The notes below the pieces were generated by a model. The model worked only from the letters and a program-made list of their open reading frames with translations. It did no database searches and was not told the origin of the DNA. The translations under genes and the position numbers were made by a program. A stretch of 63,063 nucleotides of DNA, filler included, from Folioceros fuciformis (lineage: Eukaryota): NCBI GenBank assembly GCA_049999805.1. It is 3 parts of 3 records of this genome, joined end to end, with 100 filler letters (N's around TTAATTAATTAA, not from the genome) between each part and the next. Parts side by side here need not be neighbours in the genome. Positions count along the whole stretch, not along the records: positions 1 to 17,404 come from JBNGIO010004198.1; positions 17,505 to 38,552 come from JBNGIO010004199.1; 1 more part is not named here. One strand, written 5' to 3'. The stretch's first letter is position 1. Every line of letters begins with the position of its first letter. Shown here one piece after another: positions 12,085 to 24,769 of this stretch.

Positions 12085-13028
12085 GTCCTACAACACCCCC
12101 ATAGACAGCAGAGTGCATGCAAAGTTGTTTGTGCAGCTCCTTAAGGAATTCAGTCTTCACTTAATTTTTGAGTGAGCATCACCATGGTGCACCTACACCA
12201 AGGCTCTACAAGGAATGGAGAACATCAGCTCATGGCAGCAAGGGAATACAACAGGCAGTGGGAGCAATTCTCACCAACACCCGACTTACCATAACATATG
12301 ATAAGGCAGCCCTGGTCTTTGAATTTTGAGCCCGTTTACATGAATTTGTTCATACAGTTGGGGGGCATTCTATAGGGCACATCACGCACAAGGCAAGGGA
12401 ATCCTTGCAACAATCTCCATACCTCCAAATTCTGCTTCAGCAAATCAGAGCTTGGCACATGAAGACCGAGTGGGAAGAGTGAAGATTCAAAACGCACGAA
12501 AATTTTACTAAGTCTGTCTAAGTGGGAGTATAGAAAAATATAAAATTAGGAGTCAATTTTATACTAAATAGCCAGCCTTAGATTTATTTATTAAATTAGG
12601 CAAAACATTATAGGTATGAAACGTTATGTCGTTTCATACCAACGTGACCGAACCCTAAGCGACGTGTTCACTCACGTGAACAGTCGCACCTCACAGACCT
12701 ACAGGAAGCTACCTTAAGGGGCAGCCCAGTCACAGCAATAAAAATTCATTCTTTCCTCTATGCCTATTGATCAACCTGCTTAATCCGGTGCATCAGGCTT
12801 TAGATCCAAGCACAGCGCTTGAAAGTTCCAATGCATCAGGCTTTAGATCCAAGCACTACACTTGAACATTCTAATGCATCAAGCTTTAGATCCCAGCGCA
12901 ATCCTTGGTGTATCATACTTTCATAGCTCACCACATACATGGGACTGCCACCTTTTTTGCTTCTCTAACATTTTCTTGATCTTTTTATGACCCCCATGTG
13001 ATCACTCTCATCTAGTCATCGTGCCTAG

Positions 13029-14445
13029 TGATAATGTAGATTACCCACGTAGCAATTGTATGTGCAGCATAAGATTGTAGTCTTGTGTCAAGTTACACAC
13101 GTTGTCATACACGCCGGACAGACGGTTACCAACCGTAAACTACTACTAACCTAAGACCTATACACCTAACCTACATTAGGGTTAGACATACCTATTATCA
13201 CTCCCACTCAGGTCTAGAGTTAGTGAGTGTATAATGTTTATAGTTGTATAGTTGTTTGTTTATTTATTCACTAAAGAAACGTAAACCTAACTAGTGAAAC
13301 GTAAGATCTAACTAAAGAAACTTCGATGCTAGGAAAGAAACTTGTCAGTCCCTCAATTAGTGTCGCCAATCCTTCAGTCTTCGTCGTTTCGGCTTGTTCT
13401 TTGATCTGCCGGTGTTGCACTCCACCTCAGAGGTCCGCCAGCTGCTCATAGTCCCACGTTGCTGGCGCATTCATAGTGCTTGATGCGCCCAATTGCCTTC
13501 ATTAATATGTCTGCAATCATCATCTCAATGGGGCAGTATGAGAGTCTCACCAAACCTTGAGCAACGGTCTGCCGGATGTCGTGATGTTTGATCTCGATGT
13601 GTTTCGTCTTGGCGTGGAAGCATGTATTCATTGTTAGCGATATTGCGCTCTGGTTGTCACACTGTAGATTGATTGGAAGCTCTTGCTGGATGCCAAGCTC
13701 CCTTAATGCTCCCACTGACCAGGTAAGCTCCTTGCATGCCTCCGTTAAGCTTTTGTACTCTCCTTCAGTCGATGATAGGGCGATTGTAGCGAGAACAAAA
13801 CTTGGACGATTGCCAGCCTACCTGCAGACAGAAAGCAAGTAGTCAGCAAGTGGGTGTTTAAAATCAAGCTCAAAGCAGACGGCAGCATTTCAAGGTATAA
13901 AGCACGGCTGGGTTGCCAAAGGGTATTCTCAAATACTTGGTGTCGACTACGATGACACATTCAGCCCGGTGGTCAAGCTTAATACCTTGCGCATGTTCGT
14001 AGCACTTGCTGCTGTTAACAATATGGAGTTGGAGCAACTGGACGTCACCACGGCATTCTTGTACGGAAACCTGCAGGAGGAGATCTTTATGCAAGTTCCC
14101 CTAGGAGTCGAAGTGCCTGAAGAGATACCTCGTCCGGTATGCAAGCTCCAGAAGACTCTGTACGGAATTAAACAAAGTCCACGAGAGTGGTATGAAAGAA
14201 TAGACACCTACTTAAAAGAGTTAGGCTATATAAGCCTACATGCTGACAGCAATGTCTACCTGAAAAGAGAAGGTAAAGACTTCTTAGCTTTAACCATTTA
14301 TGTGGATGACATTATCGTCCTTAGTAGTTCCTTGCGAATGATATTTGACCTCAAAGAGCATCTGTGATGAGTATTTAAGATCATAGAGGCTGGAGCACTT
14401 ACGTATTGTCTGGGCATACAACTGCTCCGTAACAGAGGTGAGGGC
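13029..14445 (-). mobile_element. Copia element 2 fragment: 3' LTR 13029-13200, RNase H 13446-13790 (minus strand), inverted RT segment 13791-14445 (plus strand)
   Basis: TIR TGATAAT...ATTATCA followed by CTCCCACTC (minus-strand PPT); ATIALSSTEGEY...KTKHIEIKHH on minus abuts ENKTW...YKARL...IYVDD...LGIQL on plus. Confidence 0.88.
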
Positions 14446-17404
14446 AGTTAGAATTGCTAACGTGGAAGCAGATGCATCGAAGATGATCTATTAGCAACTG
14501 AATAGGTGGATACAAAGGTAGGCCTTAAATAGCGGTTTACGAAGGGGTGCGTTCTATAACTAGCCTGCCAGTTAACTAACTGCACTTATAACTAGGTCTA
14601 GTTAGACAAACCAACGTGATACAGAACCACATGGTCTGCCTTATATTCTAACTCTCCCTCTCAGACACGTGCTGGTTGCTGTGAACTGAGAGCTCCTAAA
14701 TACAAACAGAGATCACCGCCGTTGACGCCAAGCTTCAAACATCTTCAAATCAGCTATCACCAAGAGTCGGTCATCCTCACTCTTGCAGAGCCTGTAGCCT
14801 ACAGGACCTCTCAAAGTAGAACACCACTCCAGAGACCAGAAGAGAAGCATGCCGTCTGCTTCGAAACACCAACCCAAGTGACGGAACATAGGTGTAGTGA
14901 AAGGTCCTACCAAATGAGTGACTTATCTAGTGTCATGTAACTACTACAATCCACCAATCCAAGCCCTTCCCTGTGGTAACAGTGTTTAAACTTGGGCAAG
15001 GACTTGGTCAGCACATCTGCTGTGTTGTCGTCGGTAGGTATATATTGAACCTTGACGATACCTCTCTCAGCAGCATCCCTGATATAATGATGTTGTATCT
15101 CTATATGCTTGGTGTGTGCGTGGAAGACGGGGTTAGCAACCAAAGCAATTGCTAACATGTTATCACAATGCAAAATAGTTGGCCCTTCCTGCTTCATACC
15201 CAAGTCTTCGCATAGCTTCCTTTCCCATTCAGCCTCCTTTGTAGCTTCGGTGAGTGCCCTGTACTCTGACTCTGTGGAAGATAAAGAGATGGTTGCTTGT
15301 TTTCTACAAGACCAATAAACTATGGAGGAGCTGGCGAGAAAGCAAAAGGCTGATATACTTTTGCGGGTATCAGCGTCAAAAGCCCAATCTGCATCTACGT
15401 AGCAGGTGAGTTGCAGACGCTTCTTCCCGCTGGGTTTATAGCAAAGACCATAATTGGGTGTACCCTTGAGGTACCTCATGATACGCTTGAGGGCTATCCA
15501 GTGAACCTTTCCTGGGTTCTCAGAGAACTGAGCAACTGCATTTGCAGTGTTGGAGATATCAGGCCTTGTTTGATTACTCAAGAACATAAGAGTACCTACG
15601 GCCATACGGTAAGGGATATTCTCCATTTCTTTCTTGTCTTCTTTAGATTGTGGACATGAGGCAGAAGAGAGCTTGACGCCAAACGCACCTGGTGTGGTTG
15701 ACGCCCTTGCATTATCCCTGTTGAAGCGTTTGAGCATACCAGCTACGTATCTACCCTGGTGAAGGTAAATAGTACCTGTACTATCTCTGTGTACATGCAT
15801 GCCAAGAATATACTTAACCTTCACCAGGTCCTTCATCTCGAATTCCCTGCTGAGGTCAGCCTTGATCTTGTTGACTAGGTCTACGTTGTTCCCTGGAATG
15901 ACCAAGTCATCCACATAGAGAGCGACTAGCACAAGAGAGCTATCCTTGCGTAGAACATAGATGTTAGTGTAGCTTCACTTTGGAAAAACCCTATTTTCTT
16001 GAGATAAGAGTCCATCCTCTCATACCACAAACGTGGGCTCTGCTTGAGTCTATAAATGGATCGATTGAGTTTACACACCTTGTGTGGGCACGCCTTGTCT
16101 ACGTAGTCCTCAGGCTGATCCATGTAGATCTCTTCCTGTAAATAACCATAGAGAAAGGTCGTGCACACATCTAGCTGATAAATCTCTAAGTTTAGTTCAG
16201 CACATAAAGCAAGGAGCATCCTTACGGACGCAGCTTTAACTACGGGTGAGTAGACCTTATCGCCCTGATAATCAACTCCCTCTTTTTGACTATACCCCTT
16301 AGCCACTAATCTCGCTTTGTAGCGGATTCTAGGTTCAACTTCCTGGAACTTAGTCTGAAGAACCCATTTGCATTTGATGGTAGTTCTACCCTTAGGCAGG
16401 CTGACAAGAGACCAGGTATTGTTTTTGATTAATGAGTTATACTCATCATCAACGGCCAGCTTCCATTTAGCTGCCTCAAGTCTGGAGTAAGCCTCCTGTA
16501 AGGTTAAAGGATCTCCCTCTGCAATAGCAACACTTAAGGCATAGAGAGCATCCACAGAATCACCATAGGTTAAGTGAGCTTGATTAAACTCAATGTCAAA
16601 TGGTAGGTCCTTCCAGAGATGCCTAGTCTGACGCACACGAGTGAGATATCTACGCTCGGGAGCAGCCAATGGCCTAGGAGGAGATGGAGGAATATCATGG
16701 GGCACCACTTGATCAAAACCAACATGTTCAACATCACCTTGTTCCATAGGAGGGTCCTCTGCTACTGCCTCGTGGTCTATCTCCATGTCCCCCTCTCGAG
16801 CAGGAACAAGGGGCGCAGGAGCGGGCTACATGTGAGGAGCAAGACCAGCAACTGGCGGCACCGGACCTGCTTGAGGGATAGGAGCCACAGGAGGAGGAGG
16901 AGGAACACTAATAGCCGGAAAAGTAAAGGGCTGAACAATGTGTTCAAGAGAGATGTCACTAGGGGAGCGGGGAGTGCTCGAGCCAGAGGAAGCACCATCA
17001 GAGACATCAAGAGGAAGCTTCAAGGACGTCCTGAGAGCATGCACTATCTTGGCTTCATCAAAGGTGACAGTGCGCGCATAGATTAGAGTCCGAGTGGCGA
17101 TGTCCACGAGCTTGTAGGCTTTGCGATCATCACCATAGACCACAAAGACCAGCTTCCGAGCACAAGCATCCAGCTTGTCGCGGTGCTGCGAAGGGACAAG
17201 AGCATAGGCAGGGCAGCCAAAAACACGAAGATGTGAAATTAGAGGCTTGCTCCCATGCCAGCACTCGTAGGGTGTACGGCCCGAAACCGCCTTAGTAAGG
17301 ACCCTATTCTTAATGTATGCCGCAGTAGACACAGCCTCAGCCCAGAAGGACTTGGGCAGCTGAGACTGAGTCAGCATGGCACGAGCCATGGACATCAAAT
17401 CGCC
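14446..17404 (-). mobile_element. Copia element 3 (3' LTR 14446-14653, pol 14907-~17400) nested in element 2; runs into a gap
   Basis: 9-bp TIR AGTTAGAAT/ATTCTAACT, PPT complement CTCCCTCTC 14654-14662; INT FWAEAVSTAAY, RT YKARLVAKG and LYVDD, RNase H YVDADWA and SSTESEY. Confidence 0.92.
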
Positions 17405-17615
17405 NNNNNNNNNNNNNNNNNNNNNNNNNNNNNNNNNNNNNNNNNNNNTTAATTAATTAANNNNNNNNNNNNNNNNNNNNNNNNNNNNNNNNNNNNNNNN
17501 NNNNAGAATCACCTGCACCGGAGCGCCCCTGATAATCTACACATAACAACAAACATTTATAGGTCAGCAATCAGCACCAGCGGCAAAATCCGGCACCAAT
17601 CAGCGTGGAGCGCCG

Positions 17616-17720
17616 TGTGCAGGCGCAGCGGGATCAGCACTGAGGTGTGTTGGCGTAGCGGGATCAGCGCTGAGATGTGTTGGCGTAGCGGGATCAGCGC
17701 CAAGGTGTGCAGGCGCAGAG
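17616..17720. repeat. 30-bp tandem repeat, ~3.5 copies
   Basis: GTGT(G/T)...GGCG(C/T)AGCGGGATCAGC repeated every 30 bp. Confidence 0.85.
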
Positions 17721-18123
17721 CATAGGAACCTGCATTCTTCCTGTGGGGGAGCGGTTCACAGCCCACAACAGGAGCGGCCGGCGAGCCGGTCAACTACCAT
17801 ACTGGCCACTCGCACCCGCCAATTGGGTAGCAGGGGACGGATAAGCCAGGCACACCTTCACAACTTTATTATCATCAAAACTCTTAGCAAGTCCCGCATC
17901 TCGATACTAATCCGGGCATGGGATGCTTAACTCTGGAGTTCTGATGGAGCTTTGTACATCGGCACTATCTCACCAAACCACAACAATAAATGTGCAAGGT
18001 TTTGGATATATTAGTTTTTCCAGGTTCTCAATTTTACTTGGGCTAATATCTTTTGATCTAGTGGGAGTCTACTAGCCTAAGTAGACTCATTTTGAAGCTG
18101 ATTTTCACCCCTACATTCATAGT

Positions 18124-18192
18124 GAGTGGGAGTGATGAAATATATCTAGTTTAGGGCACTATTCATTAGGGCTACATCACTTTAAATTCATC
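18124..18192 (+). mobile_element. Possible PPT and start of a 3' LTR of another Copia element
   Basis: GAGTGGGAG followed by TGATGAA at 18133, the same PPT as elements 1 and 2; LTR end not determined. Confidence 0.4.
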
Positions 18193-19098
18193 CCCCGACA
18201 CTTGGTCTTGCCACCGATTTGCCCAAAGTACCATGGTCCAAGGAGACTTTGGGTATAAATACCCAAGTCTTATTCTCAACCTAGGCCGTTTCACTCGCAC
18301 TTCCACAAAAAAAATCAAAATCCACCAAATTCGTCACTCAGAAAGAGGTTCGCGAATATTTTATTCCTCTACAAAAACCAAAGTCTTCCAAGATCCGGCT
18401 TTGAGGAAGATTTATTTGCCATCCACCCAGCCCAAGGCACTGCTCATTGCGCCAATTCCCCTACCGGTATCAAACACTTTGGAAGACGACCGCAACGCAA
18501 GACCGAAGTCACCGCCCATGGTCCCTACTTGGGTTCCCAACTCTCCTATTAGCCCTCCAAAGCGGAAGGTGGACGCGCCACTAGCACAAGCAACACCCCC
18601 GCCCAAGTGGAGAAATATTCAGCTGATGTCCACGTCACGCCAACAGATCCCTCTTTGGAGCGCCCCACCTCCCACTAGCCTGGAACTTGAGGACTTCTTG
18701 GCTCTGGTACTAAAACCCAAATGCGCTCTTAGCACTAGGTAGGAAGTGGACCACATGGAGTTGGTTCGGTTGGTCGCACAGTTGGACTACAACAAACGGC
18801 ATGGGATAGGTCCATTCAGGGTAAAACGACCTCCCTCACCACATGGGAAGAAGGGGAGAGGCCCTCGCTCTCCCAATCCACCACCGGCCGGAGTAATTCC
18901 ATCCTCAGCCCCCACACTTGCCGAAGAGGAGCTCGACCACCATAAGGCCCTATTGCAGTCCATAGTCCTGGAGAACCTCATCGAAGGGGGATTTATGGAC
19001 CCAAAGGCTACGTGGAGGGCTATCTAGATGTTATCAAAGGGCCCGGTTGCCTCCCAATTACCGGTTCTACTCTAGTACCATAGCGGAGGGGGCAACAC

Positions 19099-22000
19099 TG
19101 TTGTATTTTTGAGGTGTGAGGCAAGAGCGCGAGAGACGCTTACAAAAAAGGTGTTGTATATTTTGGCGAGAACAAGTTACGTGTACAATAACTGTCAACC
19201 GTTCCTACCTTCATGCGCGCGCACACGCGGCCACGACCTAAACTAATTAACCGTTCAAGTTGCCCTAACGTAAACCTAACTAGGACTATATATGCGTGAG
19301 TATGGGTTGCATTACGCTCCCCAACACCCCCACTCAACACTCACTCACATCTAAGCCGCCATTCGCTGTGGATCAACTTGCAAATCCGCCTTCTGAGTGT
19401 CTCCAGCAAGATCCTCCGTGCTGCTCACCTCCGCCACGCAATCTCTGAGACACCGCTGTAGCTGCGAGCTGGGTCGACAGTCAATTGTCCTACTTTGACT
19501 GCCACTACCTGTCTCTTGAGCGCCGCAAGTTGTTGCCAATTGGTCGCCTCGATGGGTGTTCGCTTTTTTGCATAGGAGAAGATTGGGCGCCGAGTAGCTA
19601 CTTGTGTCGGCGAAATGGGTTGCGGATGAAAAGCACCTCCAAGCACACCAATTCGCCTCCACGAGTGACCACCTTCTATGGTAAGCTCCCAAACCCTCTC
19701 TTCTGCAGTTTGTCAGCTTGTGTGTGTCTCATGGGTCTTTCTTGTCCAATGCCAGACTTGCAGCTGTAGCCTGCCGACTCAATCTTGGAAGACAAGTATG
19801 TTTTGACTCTCAAGAAAGCAGTTCAAAGCACGCAATTCTGTCTAGCACACTAACTTCCTAATTGTTCTCCTCAGGCACAAGGCCTAGCATCCTGCAGTGC
19901 TTCATGTGGGCTTCACTTGGCAGGGCCTTGGTGAGGATATCCGCCAGGTTTTCACTTGTATTGATGTAGCTCAGAACAATTTCCCCATGCGCCACCACAT
20001 CTCGGATGAAGTGGTGGTGCACATCTATATGTTTGGTGCGAGCATCGAACACTGGATTGCCCACAAGGGCGATCGCTCCCTGGTTATCACAATGCAAGCA
20101 AGTTGGTACCTCTTTTGTCTGTCCGATGTCCTCCAGGCACCTTCGATCCCACACAGCCTCTTTGGCAGCTACTGTAAGGGTTTTGTATTCTGCTTCCGTA
20201 CTGGAGAGGCAGATGCTTGCATTTCTTTTGTAGGACCAGGCTACAGGGCCTCTAGCAGGCGTGAAGACATACGCTGCAATCGACTTGCGGCTGTCGGGGT
20301 CGGCAGCCCAGTCGCTGTCGCAATACCCTTCCAGCAATAGCACCTTCTTTCCTGACCTCGTGTAAGTGATGCAGAAGTCCATTGTTCCTTTGAGATAGCG
20401 AAAGATTCGCTTTACCTGAGTCTAATGCTCTCTCCCGAAGTGCGCAAGAAACTGGGAAACAAGGTGGACAGGGAAAGCGATGTCCGTCCTCGTCAAGCAG
20501 GTAAGGAAGATAAGAGTGCCGACTGCATGTTTGTCCGGCACCTTTGCCATGTCTCTAACCTCCTCCTCTGTGCTTGCAGCTTGATCCTTCGTAAGCTTGA
20601 TGCCGGTTGTCAAAGGTGTTGCTACTGCATGCGCATCTACCAAATTGAACTTCACTAGGTTGTTGAGGATATACTTTCGTTGTGACAAGGTAAGTATCCT
20701 ATTTTTCTTGTCATGCTTAATCTCAACGCCCAAGCACCAGGTCAGCTCACCAATATCTGTCATGTCAAATTCTGCTTTCAGAAGATTTTTCACCATGCCC
20801 ATCAAGCTGCCAGGACCATGCGTTCTTGCCATGACTAGGTCATCAACATACACCAGGAGCATGAGATATGCTCCGCCTTTCCTCAAGATATACAGGTTTG
20901 TGTCTGCCATTGACTTCTGAAACCCGCATTTGCTAACCAGGAAACCATCCAGACGAGTGTGCCAAGCCCTGGGGCTTTGCTTCAGCCCATACAAAGTCTT
21001 GTGGAGTTTGCACACTAAGTTTTCTTTGCCTTTCTGGATGTAACCTTCAGGTTGCGACATGTATATTTCCTCTTCAAGCTGCCCGTTGAGGAAAGCGGTA
21101 CGGACATCCATCTGCTGCAAGTCGAGATCACAATGTGCACCCACAGCAAGCACCATGTGTAGTGTTGGGAACTTGATCACCGGGGCAAACGTTTCAAAGT
21201 AATCTTCGCCTGGTTTCTGTGAGAACCCCCGAACCACTAGCCGTGCTTTATGCTAGAATAAATTCTTGTTCTCACTTATGGTCGTTTTTAGTCTAGATCG
21301 AATAATCACACCTCTTCGTAATTAAGACTATAAAAGCTATGTCACTCAACCCTATTAATTAATCTTTTCTCATTCATCGATCCTGATCTTCCTCGTACTT
21401 TACACCTCTCTCGATAGATCCATCCGCTTTATACTTTGTTTTAAATACCCATTTGCATGAGATGGCCCTTCGGTTTGGTGGTAGAGGCTGCAGTGACCAC
21501 GTCCCATTCATGATCAGGGAGTCGTACTCCTCCTTAACAGCTTCCTTCCACTTGCTTGAGTCAGGACCAGAATAGGCTTCTTTCATTGTTAGTGGGTCTC
21601 TAGGGTCCACTTGTGCCACTGCCAGGGCTTGCTCAACTTCTTTTCCAACAGAAAAATCTGGAACACCAAACTGTAACATGGCAAGCAAGGATGCATCACC
21701 ATTTGTGTCCCCATCCCCCACCTTCATTCTTAGAGTCCCCCACTGTAGCTGGCATCGAGTCCACCACCTCGCCAGTTGTCCAGTAAGTGTGACTGTGACT
21801 GGTCCATTTGCTGGGGACAAATGGCACGGGAGCGGCCCGGTTCCTAGAGGGATGCCGTGATGTGGAAGCAGCTTGCTCTCCTGCAGTCTCGGGTTGCACA
21901 TCCATGTATGCTTGTGCCTCCAGGTCAGCTTCAGGGAGGTCATTTACTGCCATCTCGTCTTCACTAGCAATGGTTGCAGTGTCATCTTCAGCATCCATGG

Positions 22001-22649
22001 AAATGCTGCTTGTTGACATGACATCTGGCCCATCAAATTAGCAGTGGATGGGTTTCTAGGTGTCAGCCCCAAGGCAAAATCTTCAGAAAATTCTAGGTAT
22101 GCTTCTTCCTCTGCCTATTCAGGTGCTGACTGGTCATGCCTAGGTGTAAAAGGAGGCTGGCCTCGTCAAAAACAAAGCTTCTAGCATACTGTGCACTTTG
22201 AGTCTTTGGATCGAAAAGTTTATATGCCTTAATGCCGTCGGTGTACCCAATGAAAATCAGCTTCTTGGCATGGTCTGACAGCTTCGAGTTAGCTAGCTTC
22301 TCCTTTGGAATATGGGCATATGCTAGTGAGCCAAATGTGCGCAGGTGTTGTACAGACAGTTTCCTTCCACACCACACTTCATACGGAGTCTTCCCTTGAA
22401 GGGCCTTGCACCGTAAGCGGTTGTACAAATTAGTTTGCTGTATAAACTTCTTCTCCCCAGTAAGCTAACTTGCCGTTAGCTTGCTTAAGTAATGTCCTGG
22501 CTATGTCCCGTGCAGACCTATTCCGACGCTCAACCACTCCGTTCTGGGATGAGCTGTATGGCACTGTAAATTGCCTCAATATGCCCAAGTCACCGCAGTT
22601 CGAGTTGAATGCTTCAGAATCAAATTCTCCTCCATTGTCAGTACGCAGG
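19099..22649 (-). mobile_element. Copia element 4 (3' LTR 19099-19326, decayed pol 19858-22649), truncated in the integrase by a nested insertion
   Basis: TGTTG...CAACA TIR, PPT complement CCCCCACTC 19327-19335; LRTDNGGEF, DVRTAFLNG, LVYVDD, YCDSDWA, SSTEAEY. Confidence 0.93.
21251..21404. mobile_element. ~154-bp AT-rich solo-LTR-like insertion interrupting the RT of element 4
   Basis: TG...CA-bounded block inserted between DGSIER and (Y)KARLVVRG; no clean TSD. Confidence 0.5.
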
Positions 22650-23819
22650 TGTGGAGTGGTTTCTTGCACCCAAGAACCACCAAAGGGCCACACTTTCCCT
22701 TATTGTAGTTGTAGTCCTATTATTCGCTCCCAAGGGAGTGAACTAGTGTCAAGGAACACCTATAGCTATCTACCTATCAGCCGATCTATAGGCCTAACCA
22801 CACACACACAACAAAGAGGCCAGAAGCCTAGCCTATCTTTGAGTCAGCTCACACAACTCACACTCCAGATCTTCAGTCCTTCAGCTCTTCATGATTCCCA
22901 CTTCAGTCTTTCCTTCTTCACTTCAGCCCTTCACTCTTCACTTCAGCCCACACTCTTGCATCTCAACAACTCACTCGTCACTTCTATGCACTTCACTCCA
23001 ACTCTTCCTCTCTTTGCTTTAACTATCCCTTGGAAATTGGGACACAACAGCTTCACTCCTTGCAGCCTTCAAGCGTAGTATGGGTACTAGGACTGGATAG
23101 CCCTCCTGGCTCACGGTCCTGTCACTTCACTGCAACCAGCCTGCGAATCATTCAGCCCTTGTGGATCCGGCCACACGGATCTTAGCAGTCTTGGGATCCT
23201 CCACGTTCCCCAAGTGGCAAGGGAAATCAGGACCTTGGTTCAGTCTCAACCGGCTCAGCGCCCTAAGCCAGGAGTTCTGCACACAAGGTCCAGGGAAATC
23301 GCACCGTAGACAGCCCCTCCTCAATGGCAGGTTTGCCCTCTTACACTGCCTTCACCCAACCCCTCATCTCTGTCTACTAGGGTTAACCCCAATCAACCCC
23401 TAACAGTCTCTCTCTGACCTTAGCTGCACCTAACTCTGACCCACACCCAGGTCTGATCTAAACCTAACCTAAGTCTAACCTAAACCTAAGCCAAGTTTGA
23501 CCTAAACCTAAGCAGACCTAAACATAGTCAGACCTAGTTCTCACCCCAACCTAACCCAAGAATAACTCTAACCTAAGCCAAGTCTGACCTAAACCTAAAC
23601 AAACCTAAACATAATCAGACCTAGTTCTCACCCCAACCTAACCCAAGCCTAACTCTAACCTAAGCCAAGTCTGACCTAAACCTAAACAGACCTAAACATA
23701 GTCAGACCTAGATCTCACCCCAACCTAACCCAAGCCTAACTCTAACCTAACCCTGCACTTAATTGCCCGTTACCCCCTTGGACACCGCTGCTTCCCCTCT
23801 ATCCCAAATTGTCAACCTC
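22650..23819. mobile_element. Nested non-coding insertion, probably the long LTR of another retroelement; runs into the gap
   Basis: Integrase homology stops abruptly at a TG start (22650); low-complexity CTTCA-rich tracts and tandem repeats follow. Confidence 0.5.
23485..23752. repeat. 87-bp tandem repeat x3 rich in ACCTAA(A/C) telomere-like motifs
   Basis: CCAAGT(T/C)TGACCTAAACCTAA starts at 23491, 23578 and 23665. Confidence 0.88.
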
Positions 23820-24769
23820 NNNNNNNNNNNNNNNNNNNNNNNNNNNNNNNNNNNNNNNNNNNNNNNNNNNNNNNNNNNNNNNNNNNNNNNNNNNNNNNNN
23901 NNNNNNNNNNNNNNNNNNNCCTCCCGCCTCTCTCGGGTCAGATCATCCCCTCCCGCCTCTCTTGCGTCAGATCTTGTTCCAATGACATCTCCGAGCCTTT
24001 GCAGACCACCGCTAAAAAGGCTCAGTATTGACGACAGACTACATACTCATGCCTGCAGGGACAGCCTCCCTGTCCCCATTCTTTCCAATTATGGGCCCCC
24101 AAAACCAACTTTACCAATACCATCACTGCAAGGGACCACCCTCATGGAGTAACCCTGTTCCTGCCCGTGTCCCCCGTTGGTCCAGTCCTGCAGGTTGGGG
24201 TTTCTCCCACCAACCCAACCAACCGCTTCCCACACGTCCCTCAACACCTGTGATCGCCTGAGCAAAGGGCTGGCCACAACCACCCCACTCAAGGGAAATA
24301 CGCACCGACATCCCAAGCCTTGTGGTTCCTCTCGCTATCTAATTCCATAGGCAGAGCAACATGAAAACCTCTAGCCCCAGCCCCCTCGAGGCAGCAGCTG
24401 CCTGCAACCTGCCTGTCCCTATCAACATGAGAGTTGTCTTTTGCAATGTGAAGGCGCAAGGGCAGCATGGCCGCGTTAGGCCAGTCGCCCTCCTCCTTTT
24501 GCTCCGCAACCCGCCCCCTATCAGCCTTCTGGCTAGGCCGCTGACTAGCTGGATTGCAGGTGCCCCTAAGATCAGCTAGGGATTGTCTTTCTTCTTGCGG
24601 GGGTACTATGCCTTAATTTCCATATCTTCTTGCTGCGGGGATTCGGGGGCTCCAAGCTTCTCTTCTCGAGAAGGAATACAAGTAGGTGCAACTCAGTCTT
24701 TGTCGAGATCCTTCTATCCCTAGGCCTATTTGAGAGCGGTTGTGTTCGTACTCAAGAAAGGGTAGAAGT

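Larger units (their letters stand above)
6431..12783 (+). mobile_element. Full-length decayed Ty1/Copia LTR retrotransposon (element 1)
   Basis: LTRs ~6563-6806 (start triplicated back to 6431) and 12529-12783, about 10 differences over ~200 bp; PBS TGGTATCAGAGC 6807-6818; PPT AAGTGGGAG before 12529; TSD TCC(A/G)G / TCCGG; gag-PR-INT-RT-RH order. Confidence 0.96.

Noticed and set aside
17449-17460. TTAATTAATTAA palindrome inside an N-run (also at 38597-38608)
   Set aside because: Both sites have an identical 44N+12+44N layout, indicating an artificial scaffolding linker; adjacency across these gaps is unproven
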